Source of the DNA: Acidobacteriota bacterium | GTDB lineage: Bacteria; Acidobacteriota; UBA6911 | Direction: 5' to 3' | DNA: 64,000 bases | NCBI GenBank assembly: GCA_963664705.1 | Contig: OY761556.1 | Span: 352,001 to 416,000 of the forward strand | Part shown: positions 50,388 to 60,062 of the stretch, one piece after another | How the letters are laid out: each line of letters opens with the position of its first letter | Numbering within the stretch: position 1 is the first letter of the stretch | Made by a program: the position numbers and the translations under genes | Notes under the pieces: model-generated | Seen by the model: only the letters and a program-made list of their open reading frames with translations | Databases searched by the model: none | What the model was told of the DNA's origin: nothing

Positions 50388-51347
50388 TTACCGGATGCTC
50401 TGGATTTGATCTGAAATGCTTAATTCATAGGTGCTCCATCCGGAGTTCAACCCGTAGGGGCATTGAAGGAAGATAGCTTCTATCCTGCGGATATTTCCCT
50501 TCTCGATTTTGAACAGCTCGGCAATTTGCCAGGTCCAGTTGATCTGTTCGTGATCGAAAAAGCCGAAAGCGAAAGCGATTCCGCGTTCGCGGTCAACGGC
50601 AACGAAACGACGATCCCGAATTCTCGACACGATGTTTTTAAGTGCCCCGGATTCGAACTGCTTTTTGCATTCCTTTGTCGACAGCATCCCGTTTTCATAG
50701 CGTTCGCAGTCGTCGGTGAAAGGATAGTATCCCTTGGTATCGTTCTTCTGCAGTCCGGTGAAGTAGTAATTGGCGACCCGGATCAATTCCTCTCTCGAGG
50801 CGCGTTCTGCTTCAGGGATCACTTCGGTAAAGATCTTGTTCGGTGCGCCCATCTTATCGACAGCCTCTCCAGTCGGCGGGAACTTGGATGCTGGCGCAGG
50901 GCCGCTCAGGCTGACTGTAGGCCGAATGACAAGCTGTTCCACTTCGGTAATCAGGTTGTTCATTATCTTCAGACGGATTGCGACGGCAACCTTGTTATTG
51001 TCTCCCGGCTTGGCAGTAGCACTGGCCGCGGCTTTTGTCGTTACCGTGCCGATAAAGGCGACCTGCTGTGTTTCGGTGTCGGGAATATAGAACTTGTAAT
51101 TTCCTTTGCTCGTCATGTCGTACCATAGCCCCTCGTTGCCCATGGGCAGACGTACGCCGTTTTCCGTAAATTTTATCTCTCTGGCGAAAAGCGCAGGGCT
51201 GACTTCTTTGGCAATCACGGCATCCAGGTAACGGTCGATGAACTTCTCCAGGCAGGCGCGGTCGCATGCGACCTTGGGAGCCGGCTGCGCAAACACCGCG
51301 GGAAGGAATAACAGAAAAGCTGCAACAGCAAACAATTTGATCCGCAT
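50388..51347 (-). CDS. Exported hypothetical protein (tandem NTF2/SnoaL-like repeats)
   Basis: Signal peptide; CDRACL, FTENG / RYENG repeat, AELFKI..GNIRRIEA. Confidence 0.7.
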   Translation of the reverse strand: MRIKLFAVAAFLLFLPAVFAQPAPKVACDRACLEKFIDRYLDAVIAKEVSPALFAREIKFTENGVRLPMGNEGLWYDMTSKGNYKFYIPDTETQQVAFIGTVTTKAAASATAKPGDNNKVAVAIRLKIMNNLITEVEQLVIRPTVSLSGPAPASKFPPTGEAVDKMGAPNKIFTEVIPEAERASREELIRVANYYFTGLQKNDTKGYYPFTDDCERYENGMLSTKECKKQFESGALKNIVSRIRDRRFVAVDRERGIAFAFGFFDHEQINWTWQIAELFKIEKGNIRRIEAIFLQCPYGLNSGWSTYELSISDQIQSIR

Positions 51348-51455
51348 GGAATTCCTCCTTGGAATTAGAAAATCGCAACTGAGAAAGATTTGAAGTGAAT
51401 AGCGCGGCTATCATACCCGATATCCTTTGTTGCGTCCATCGGGGTCGTCCGCGAT

Positions 51456-52466
51456 TTATTTCGGGTTGATGGTGTAATCGCTGGCAACCGTGAAAAGGTG
51501 ATAGTCCGAGTAGAGATGCCGGTTTCTATATACAAGGCTTCGTCCGTTTTGAGGTTTGAATTCCCAGCTTACATTGATTTCCCTTGGCAGCCAAAACTCC
51601 TGGCTGCTTCGCTCGAAACGAACCTTGGCATAGCGGATGTCCGTGACCGTTTCCCGAAGGGTGGTTGGAGTTTCGGATGCCAGCATGTCGGTTCGCACCC
51701 GCAGAATCTGATAGCTGTCCGGATCCAGCCAGATAAACCCCTCGACCAGGAATCGGGTTCCTGATCCCGTTTCATCCGTGTAGTTGGCCAGGTAATCCCT
51801 GGCTTCAGGTTTTTGAGCAAAAGCCAGCACATGAGCGCTGCGAAAATTATTATCGCATCCAAGGTAGCGGAAATGCGAATTCTGTTGTCGTTCAGGATGA
51901 ATGTACAGGGCCAGGCAGGCATAGCCGGAACTCATGGTAAAGCCAGTGATCTTCTCCGCACTTACTGCGTCGCCCTTTTTGTCGGTTCTGTCTTCTCTCC
52001 ATGTTCTTGTTTTATTGTCAGGGTTGGGCAGGATGAGGTAGCTGAACTCTAAAGAACGTTCTTTGAAGGCCAGGATGCCATTAATGGAATTGCTATCATA
52101 TCGTTCGGTTGCAGCTCCGGGGAGGCGCTTCTCCATCAGCTTCGGCTGACTTCGCTGTTGCTTCTGGTAACTAATCAGATCGTATCGCTGTAATCGAACC
52201 CTCTCAATTGCGGAGGTATTGGCAAAGTCCCGGAAGAAGGACACGACTTTATTTCCGGCCCGCTCCAGAATGGAACTCGGAGATCCCTGGCTTGTATCGA
52301 ACTGAATGCCTGCGCATTCAGTTCGATAGGCGTAGCGCAACTCTTCCGGAGTCATCTCGATCACGCTTTTCTTTTCCTCTTGTTCCGGATGATTTGCCCC
52401 TTGAGCATTGGCCGGAAGTTGATGTGGCAGGCTGAGAGCAATGAAGAAAAGCAGGATTCGAAGCAT
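51456..52466 (-). CDS. Exported hypothetical protein, homolog of the C-terminal domain of 52547-55612
   Basis: Shares EMTP.EL, FF.DFANTSA.E.VRLQRY, RFLVEGF.WLDPDS.QILR.RTD, YRNRH.YSDYHLFTVASDY. Confidence 0.75.
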   Translation of the reverse strand: MLRILLFFIALSLPHQLPANAQGANHPEQEEKKSVIEMTPEELRYAYRTECAGIQFDTSQGSPSSILERAGNKVVSFFRDFANTSAIERVRLQRYDLISYQKQQRSQPKLMEKRLPGAATERYDSNSINGILAFKERSLEFSYLILPNPDNKTRTWREDRTDKKGDAVSAEKITGFTMSSGYACLALYIHPERQQNSHFRYLGCDNNFRSAHVLAFAQKPEARDYLANYTDETGSGTRFLVEGFIWLDPDSYQILRVRTDMLASETPTTLRETVTDIRYAKVRFERSSQEFWLPREINVSWEFKPQNGRSLVYRNRHLYSDYHLFTVASDYTINPK

Positions 52467-52546
52467 CTCCCAAGTCCTTTCTTGTAGAGCTACCCAGGTT
52501 TGGCAGACCATCGCCGCTTGCAGGTCAGTCCAGGCCGAAGCGATGC

Positions 52547-55500
52547 CTATTTGTCAGGTACAGCGGGATCGATCTTATAATCGCTGGCAACGGTAAACAG
52601 ATGATAGTCGGAATATGTGTGCCGGTTTCGGTATACCAGCAGGTAACCTTCCGGGTTTAAAAATTCCCAACTCACATCAATTACTTTCGGCAGCCAGAAC
52701 TCGCGGCCGCGCCGCTCGAATCGAACCTTTTCGTAGCGAATATCGGTGATCGTTTCCTTGAGCGCCGTTGTGATTTCCGGCGCAAGCAGATCCGTGCGCA
52801 TTCTTAGAATTTGAAAGCTATCCGGGTCCAGCCAGACGAACCCCTCCACAAGGAAACGGACCGGCGGCGCTCCATAGGATTCCGAGTATCGGGCGAGGTA
52901 GTCCTCGGATTCGGTTTTTTGTGCAAAGGCAATCACATGTGCACCTTGTTTGTCCTCATCTCGCCCCAGATATCGGAATGTCGAATTTTTCTGATGAGCG
53001 GGATGAAGGTACGTGGATTTTCCCGCATGCCCTGCGCTCATGATGAAGCCCGCAAGTTCTTTGGAGTCCACCGCACGTCCGTTTTTATCCTTCCTGTCTT
53101 CGAGCCACGTATTTCCGTCTTTTCCGCCGTTGGTAATAATAAGGTAGCTGAATTCTGTTGAGCGCTCCTTGAGGGATATGTTGGGGCCCAGGAAGAGAGG
53201 AACCGCTTTGCGACCGGTTGCGTCCACCGCCGGAGGCAGAGAATTCAGTTGATTCAGCTGCAGCAGAACAGGCTGAAATCGTTTTTGCGGCAGCGAAAGG
53301 CGCTGCGGGTAGCGCTGAAGCCGAACCTGTTCCCTGGCGGATGTATTGGCAAAATCCTGGAAAAAGGCTACGACTCTCTCCCCGGCTTGCTCTAAAAGGA
53401 AGCTCAGCGTGTCCTGGTTTAAGCTGAATTTAACCCCGGATAACTCCTGGGGATAGGAATCGCGCAATTCGTCAGGAGTCATTTCCAGAACGTTTTTTTT
53501 CGTTGAGACGGCATCCTTATAAGCAGCCAGCTGCTTCTCGTTTCCGATCAATTTTGAGGTAATCTCAAAGTCCATCGTTTGCGTGGCGGTGTGTTCCTTT
53601 GCAGCTTCCGAGCGTTTGTCGGTCACAAGCATCTGCAGGACATAGCTTCCCGGTTGCATTGTCCTTTCAAGCCGCAAATATTTTCGGACCGGGATTCTGG
53701 CGGGATCCTGTAATCCGCCAAGATCTACTTTTTCAAGCTTGCTCCGTGAGACTTCAATTCCGTTTAGATAAAGAATTGTTTGTGTTTCCAGATCCGGCTT
53801 CAGCCCGGCTTCGGTTTTTGCATTGTATGCAAATGCAATAAACTCGATATCATCTCCCGGGAGATAGCTCCTGAGTGCCTGATTGCGCCTGGGTGTTTTC
53901 TTTGACAATTCATTCGAAGACTGACCCGGTTCAGCCGATGCCGATCGAATCCAAGATACATCTTCATCCTGGTTCACGACGAAAACGCTGGACAGTTGCA
54001 TGCGGCTATTCTTTAGATCGGGAATTTCCAGAAACTGGTACGCCGAACCAAGAGCTCCGGATAGATTATCCTTCACGGCAGCTCTGACGTAGTGCGCGCC
54101 GGGCGTTCTCGAAGGAATGGAGATCGCGATGTTGAGCCCATTTTCCCGTATCCACTCTATGTCATGGTCGCTGACAGAAAGCTCAATCGGCGTCTTTCCA
54201 AAATCCTGCGAAAGACCTTCCATATCCGAGGTCGTGGCGACCGCTTCCAGAGAGATGGCATTTTTCCCGTTCTTATCGGGAACTGATTTTATATTCCGGC
54301 CATCCAGGTGCAGCCAGGCGCGCAGCAGGTACTCGCTTTTCGGATCATAGACATAGCCTGTTGCCAAGCTGAGCGCCAGATCATTGTGGCGGAAAGGTGA
54401 GAACATCGCATCGCCCAGCGGATTCGCGGCGATCTCGGGTCCCGGTGCCTTCAAGGTTCCATAAAACCCATCCCGAGTGTGGACGGTGCAGCCCGGGCGC
54501 TTAACCTTGATCTTTACCCTGTGATAGGAGGCGGTACTGTTCGGGTCGAAGGTTTTTTCGGGCGGGATGTACGAGAGCAGGTAGTATCCCTTCATTTCTT
54601 CATCGGCATCGCCAATCCCATTAACAAAGAAGTTGCGCCCGGTGAGGAAGAGCCCTCCCGTCTTTTGGGATAAAGGCAGCGGGCGGTTCTCTCGACGAGT
54701 TGAAGCAATTGTCATCTGTCGTGTTACGGCTGCACTCAAAACTGGAGGTCCTCCCAGTGTTCCCGCCCCTACGGATGCATCCAGCGGCAGCAGGGCTTTG
54801 CCATACTCATCGCGTGTGGCGGAATCGTTTATGAGCCCGATAATATCCAACGTGTGAATTACAACTCCTGCGTGCAATGCCGTATCTGCCAATTTGTCGA
54901 ATGCCGGGTCGCTGCTGACTTTTTCAGGCAGCATTACCTGTGTCGATAGAAACATCAGGAATTTTCGTCCGGGTACGTCCTTCAATGTCCGGATTGTGTA
55001 ATCGATTGCCATGATCTGAGGCGTCCTGTCAATCCGGTCTTCGAAGTATTCAGGAGGGTGGAGCACCGGGTTCCATCTGATTTTGCTGATTCTGGAAAGG
55101 AGCTGTCGTTTGTCCGAGCTGAAGGGATGCATCCCCGCATTTCCACCGGTCGTCTGCATGATGGATACAAGATCGCCGGGCTGCATCTGTCGTTCGACAA
55201 ACTTCTGAAGAGACATGCGCGCGCTCTGGATCTCAGGCATTTCCATGGAGAGGTCGTCTACAAGAAAGAGAATAGTCCGGCGATTAGCGTCCTTCGCAGA
55301 TTCCGGGAAGTGCATCGCTGCTTTCGACGAAGGTTCTGCCGGAACGCTTGTCCCGGCCACTGGAGATATCGTGTTTCTGATATATGTGCTTGCCGTAACT
55401 TTCTGAGGCCGGCCGTCCTGCTCAATTTCAAAATCGTCAGCAGCCAGATCTGCAACTTGTCGGCCTTTACTGTCCACCACCACCGCATCCACACGCACCT

Positions 55501-55612
55501 CTTCGACTCCGACTCGAATACGAAGATCCTCCTTTTCCTGAGTCCGCGCGATGGATAAATGGAAAAATGAAAGCAAACAAATGCCAAGGAACATCCACAA
55601 GTATCGAAGCAT
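52547..55612 (-). CDS. Exported VWA-domain protein (Acidobacteria-type) with extra C-terminal domain
   Basis: EEVRVDAVVVD, FLVDDLSM, PGRKFLMFLS, GYYLLSY; start at MLRYL. Confidence 0.85.
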   Translation of the reverse strand: MLRYLWMFLGICLLSFFHLSIARTQEKEDLRIRVGVEEVRVDAVVVDSKGRQVADLAADDFEIEQDGRPQKVTASTYIRNTISPVAGTSVPAEPSSKAAMHFPESAKDANRRTILFLVDDLSMEMPEIQSARMSLQKFVERQMQPGDLVSIMQTTGGNAGMHPFSSDKRQLLSRISKIRWNPVLHPPEYFEDRIDRTPQIMAIDYTIRTLKDVPGRKFLMFLSTQVMLPEKVSSDPAFDKLADTALHAGVVIHTLDIIGLINDSATRDEYGKALLPLDASVGAGTLGGPPVLSAAVTRQMTIASTRRENRPLPLSQKTGGLFLTGRNFFVNGIGDADEEMKGYYLLSYIPPEKTFDPNSTASYHRVKIKVKRPGCTVHTRDGFYGTLKAPGPEIAANPLGDAMFSPFRHNDLALSLATGYVYDPKSEYLLRAWLHLDGRNIKSVPDKNGKNAISLEAVATTSDMEGLSQDFGKTPIELSVSDHDIEWIRENGLNIAISIPSRTPGAHYVRAAVKDNLSGALGSAYQFLEIPDLKNSRMQLSSVFVVNQDEDVSWIRSASAEPGQSSNELSKKTPRRNQALRSYLPGDDIEFIAFAYNAKTEAGLKPDLETQTILYLNGIEVSRSKLEKVDLGGLQDPARIPVRKYLRLERTMQPGSYVLQMLVTDKRSEAAKEHTATQTMDFEITSKLIGNEKQLAAYKDAVSTKKNVLEMTPDELRDSYPQELSGVKFSLNQDTLSFLLEQAGERVVAFFQDFANTSAREQVRLQRYPQRLSLPQKRFQPVLLQLNQLNSLPPAVDATGRKAVPLFLGPNISLKERSTEFSYLIITNGGKDGNTWLEDRKDKNGRAVDSKELAGFIMSAGHAGKSTYLHPAHQKNSTFRYLGRDEDKQGAHVIAFAQKTESEDYLARYSESYGAPPVRFLVEGFVWLDPDSFQILRMRTDLLAPEITTALKETITDIRYEKVRFERRGREFWLPKVIDVSWEFLNPEGYLLVYRNRHTYSDYHLFTVASDYKIDPAVPDK

Positions 55613-55859
55613 AGGTTCAGTGTCCCTGATTCTTCTGTTGATCTCCAATGGAGCACCGGCGTCCGGCCGGTATTAGCATGGTGGAAGCGGCCACGCCCTT
55701 GCCAGGCAAGACGCCAGAACTTCCAGGTGAGACGCGCTGCCGGTATTATGCTCTCAATAGCGGCAGCCGTGCATCCCGGATTTTACTTTTTGCGGCAAAA
55801 CCATCCGCCTATAATGGTCCCGCCATTCACTATCCAGGCTGAAACCACCGGTTATATGA

Positions 55860-57095
<1,236 letters not shown>

Positions 57096-57129
57096 TTTAA
57101 ATCCAAGTCTGCTATCAAAGGAGCTCTGT

Positions 57130-57900
57130 ATGCCTGGAGATAAAGAGGCTGAGAACAAAGAAAACAAAAAACAATTATCACGACGCGATTTTATCGTTAC
57201 GGGAGGAGCGATCGCTGCAGTCGATGCATTGATCGCGACAACTCCGGCGAAAGCCGTTGCTGCCTCTCCCGCGCCGGCGGCGGCGACCTTGCCTGCCTCC
57301 AAAGGGTATCTTGTGTACGACAGCAAGAAGTGTGCGGGCTGCACCACGTGCATGCTCGGATGTTCGCTGGTTCATTACGGCGTTCAGAATCTTTCGAAAT
57401 CCCGCATCCAGATCATGCAGAACTCGTTTGGCAAGTTTCCTACGGATGTAAAAATGGCGCCTTGCCGGCAATGTGTGGCACCGGTCTGCGTGCAGAATTG
57501 TCCTGTTGGCGCCGCCTATGTCGATACCGCCAATGGCAACGTGAGAAGGATCGACAGCAAGAAGTGCGTCGGCTGCAAAACCTGCATCAAGATGTGTCCT
57601 CAGCAGCCGCACCGGACCGTGTGGGTTGTGATTAACGGAACCGGAAAATCCTCCAAGTGCGATCTGTGCATCGATACTCCTTTCTGGAATGAAAAAGGAG
57701 GCCCCGGCGGCAAGCAGGCTTGTGTCGAATCCTGTCCAATGAAGGCGATCCGATTTGTTGCTCAAACCCCCGACCAGGAAGAGACGGATGGATACGACAT
57801 CAATCTCCGGAATGATAACTGGATCAACCTTGGCCTGGTCGACGACAGCACGGTTGTGCCCAAACGCGATCTTTCATGGAAAGTAGGAGGGGGGGAGTAA
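57130..57900 (+). CDS. Tat-signal 4Fe-4S dicluster (DmsB-like) electron-transfer subunit
   Basis: SRRDF twin-arginine motif; CAGCTTC, CRQC..CVQNCP, CVGCKTC...CP, KCDLC...CVESCP. Confidence 0.9.
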   Translation: MPGDKEAENKENKKQLSRRDFIVTGGAIAAVDALIATTPAKAVAASPAPAAATLPASKGYLVYDSKKCAGCTTCMLGCSLVHYGVQNLSKSRIQIMQNSFGKFPTDVKMAPCRQCVAPVCVQNCPVGAAYVDTANGNVRRIDSKKCVGCKTCIKMCPQQPHRTVWVVINGTGKSSKCDLCIDTPFWNEKGGPGGKQACVESCPMKAIRFVAQTPDQEETDGYDINLRNDNWINLGLVDDSTVVPKRDLSWKVGGGE

Positions 57901-57902
57901 TT

Positions 57903-59948
57903 ATGACAGGCGGATATACTGGCAAAATACTTAGAGTAAACCTGACTACCAAAGCAATCACCACGCTGGACACCTCGAAGTACGAAGAATTTGGCGGCGG
58001 TCATGGAATAGGTTCGGCTGTCTTCTTCGACCTGGTCGGCGATCAACTCCCGTTTGAGGCTTTCGACCCGCGCAATCTCATCATCATGATGGCTTCTCCA
58101 TTCTCGGGAACCTTTATGCCCGGTTCCGGGCGTTGCGAAGTGCAGGGCCTTGGCCCGATGCTGTACCCCATCGAATGGTTTGGCCATAGCAATTTTGGAG
58201 GGCGCTTTACGGCCCAGCTCAAGTTCGCGGGATGGGATGGGATTGTTGTTGAAGGTGCTTCGAGCGAACCCGTTTGGATCAATATCGTCAATGACAAGGT
58301 CAAAATAGAAAGCGCCAAGGGCATCTGGGGAATGGATACCTGGGATACGCAGGAGGAAATTTCCCGGCGCGTTATTCCCGCCTTGAGATATGGAGAGTGG
58401 GCGGAGTTGGCCGAGAATTGCCATACTACTCAGATTCCCGCCGTGGTTTGCTGCGGTCCCGCAGGCGAAAACAAAAGCCGCCTGGGCGCTCTCCTGCATG
58501 GCCCCGGATCGCAAGCGGCGCTCTGCGGCTTCGGAGGAGTGTTCGGATCCAAGAAGCTGAAGGCGATCAGTGCCATCGGGTCTCAGGATATTCCGATTGC
58601 CGACCCGAAGGCTTTCATGGACGCTCGTCTCTGGTTCCGTCAGTTCCAGTGGGATGTGGATAACCCGCGCGAACCTGAAAAATTTGCGAATGGCGGTCCC
58701 TATAGTTTGATCAGCGGACGACCCAGCGGCGGGAATGTGTTGAATCGGGATTACCCTCTAACCCCCGCACGCGCTGCCGCCTGTGCTTCCTGCCCAAGAG
58801 GCTGCCGTATGCGGCTGGCAACGGGCGACAGCAACGAATCGGTATGTGCCGGCACTATGGTGATCAATGTCGATGGATCGGTGAAATTCACTCGGCAAGG
58901 CAACGACCTGATGCAGCGGTATGGACTTGGTCATTGGCAGTTGATGCCGCTCCTGAGCTATGTCCAATTTCTCGCAAAGGAAGGAATCCTTGGAAAAGGC
59001 AAACAGATAGATACCAACCTCCCGCTGGATCAGGCCGGTACGTTCGGGTATGCCGAGGCCCTTATGCGGCAGATTGCGCTTCGACAGGGAATTGGGAAAG
59101 ATCTGGCCGAGGGCTGTGCCCGGTTCGCGGAAAAAATAGGGCGGTATAAGCAGGATGTGAACAGCGGCAACCTCGGGTTGGCTTACTGGGGAACGGCGAA
59201 CCACTACGATCCGGCTATCGAGGCGGAATGGGGATTCGGGTCTCTCCTGGGAGAGCGGGATCTGATGCTCCACATGATGTCCAACTATCCGATCCATTGG
59301 ATGGCCTGGTCGGGAGCCCCGTATCTGACGGCTGAGGAAACGGCAAAGCTGTACACCGACGCGATGGTCCCCTACCAGGGAGATCCTTTCATGGTGGATC
59401 ACAGCGAAGGGCCTACCGGAATTTATTCCGATTCCAAGGTCAAGCAGGTTGCCTGGATCAAACACTATGAAAAGTTCTGGGTTGGGGCCGGCGGATTCTG
59501 CGGCTGGCGCTGGCCCTTGTGCATTACCAACAACACGGCAGACAGAAGGGGCGCGACTCCGCAGGCCGAGCCGAAATTCTGGAATGCCGTAACCGGAAAA
59601 AATCTCTCCTTTGCCGACTACATGGAGATCGGCCACAAGATTTACACGCTTGATCGGTCTATCTGGGTGTTGCAGGGCAGACACCGAAACATGGAGGTGT
59701 TCCCCGACTACGTCTATGACAGGCCGAGCATGGGGCACGACATGACCATGTATGAAAACGGCAAGTGGACTTATGGCAAAGGCGCCGGGCGCAAACTGGA
59801 TCGGGCGAAAGTCGAGGACTTCAAGACACGGTTCTATAAGTTCGAAGGCTTTAATCCCGACAGCGGCTACCCGACGCGCGCAACCCTCGAGAAGATGAAT
59901 CTCAAGAAAGTTGCGGACCTGCTTCAAAGCAAAGGTAGGCTGGGGTAA
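57903..59948 (+). CDS. Aldehyde:ferredoxin oxidoreductase (tungsten AOR family)
   Basis: GYTGKILRVNLT, SNFGG.F..QLKFAGWDG, GPAGEN, GSKKLKAI, CASCPRGC, GYPTRATLEKM. Confidence 0.9.
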   Translation: MTGGYTGKILRVNLTTKAITTLDTSKYEEFGGGHGIGSAVFFDLVGDQLPFEAFDPRNLIIMMASPFSGTFMPGSGRCEVQGLGPMLYPIEWFGHSNFGGRFTAQLKFAGWDGIVVEGASSEPVWINIVNDKVKIESAKGIWGMDTWDTQEEISRRVIPALRYGEWAELAENCHTTQIPAVVCCGPAGENKSRLGALLHGPGSQAALCGFGGVFGSKKLKAISAIGSQDIPIADPKAFMDARLWFRQFQWDVDNPREPEKFANGGPYSLISGRPSGGNVLNRDYPLTPARAAACASCPRGCRMRLATGDSNESVCAGTMVINVDGSVKFTRQGNDLMQRYGLGHWQLMPLLSYVQFLAKEGILGKGKQIDTNLPLDQAGTFGYAEALMRQIALRQGIGKDLAEGCARFAEKIGRYKQDVNSGNLGLAYWGTANHYDPAIEAEWGFGSLLGERDLMLHMMSNYPIHWMAWSGAPYLTAEETAKLYTDAMVPYQGDPFMVDHSEGPTGIYSDSKVKQVAWIKHYEKFWVGAGGFCGWRWPLCITNNTADRRGATPQAEPKFWNAVTGKNLSFADYMEIGHKIYTLDRSIWVLQGRHRNMEVFPDYVYDRPSMGHDMTMYENGKWTYGKGAGRKLDRAKVEDFKTRFYKFEGFNPDSGYPTRATLEKMNLKKVADLLQSKGRLG

Positions 59949-59961
59949 TACAGCGTAGATA

Positions 59962-60049
59962 GGACCGCTGAGTACGCTGAAGATGCCGATTGCGCGGAAA
60001 GAGATTAAACAGGCTGCGTATTCGGCGTGTTCCGCGTCTTCAGCGGTCC
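59962..60049. repeat. Inverted 9-mer-period arrays (GCNGANNAC-like) between AOR and flavoenzyme genes
   Basis: GGACC GCTGAGTAC GCTGAAGAT GCCGATTGC GCGGAA; reverse complement of right arm GGACC GCTGAAGAC GCGGAACAC GCCGAATAC. Confidence 0.75.
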
Positions 60050-60062
60050 ATAGGAGCCAGTG

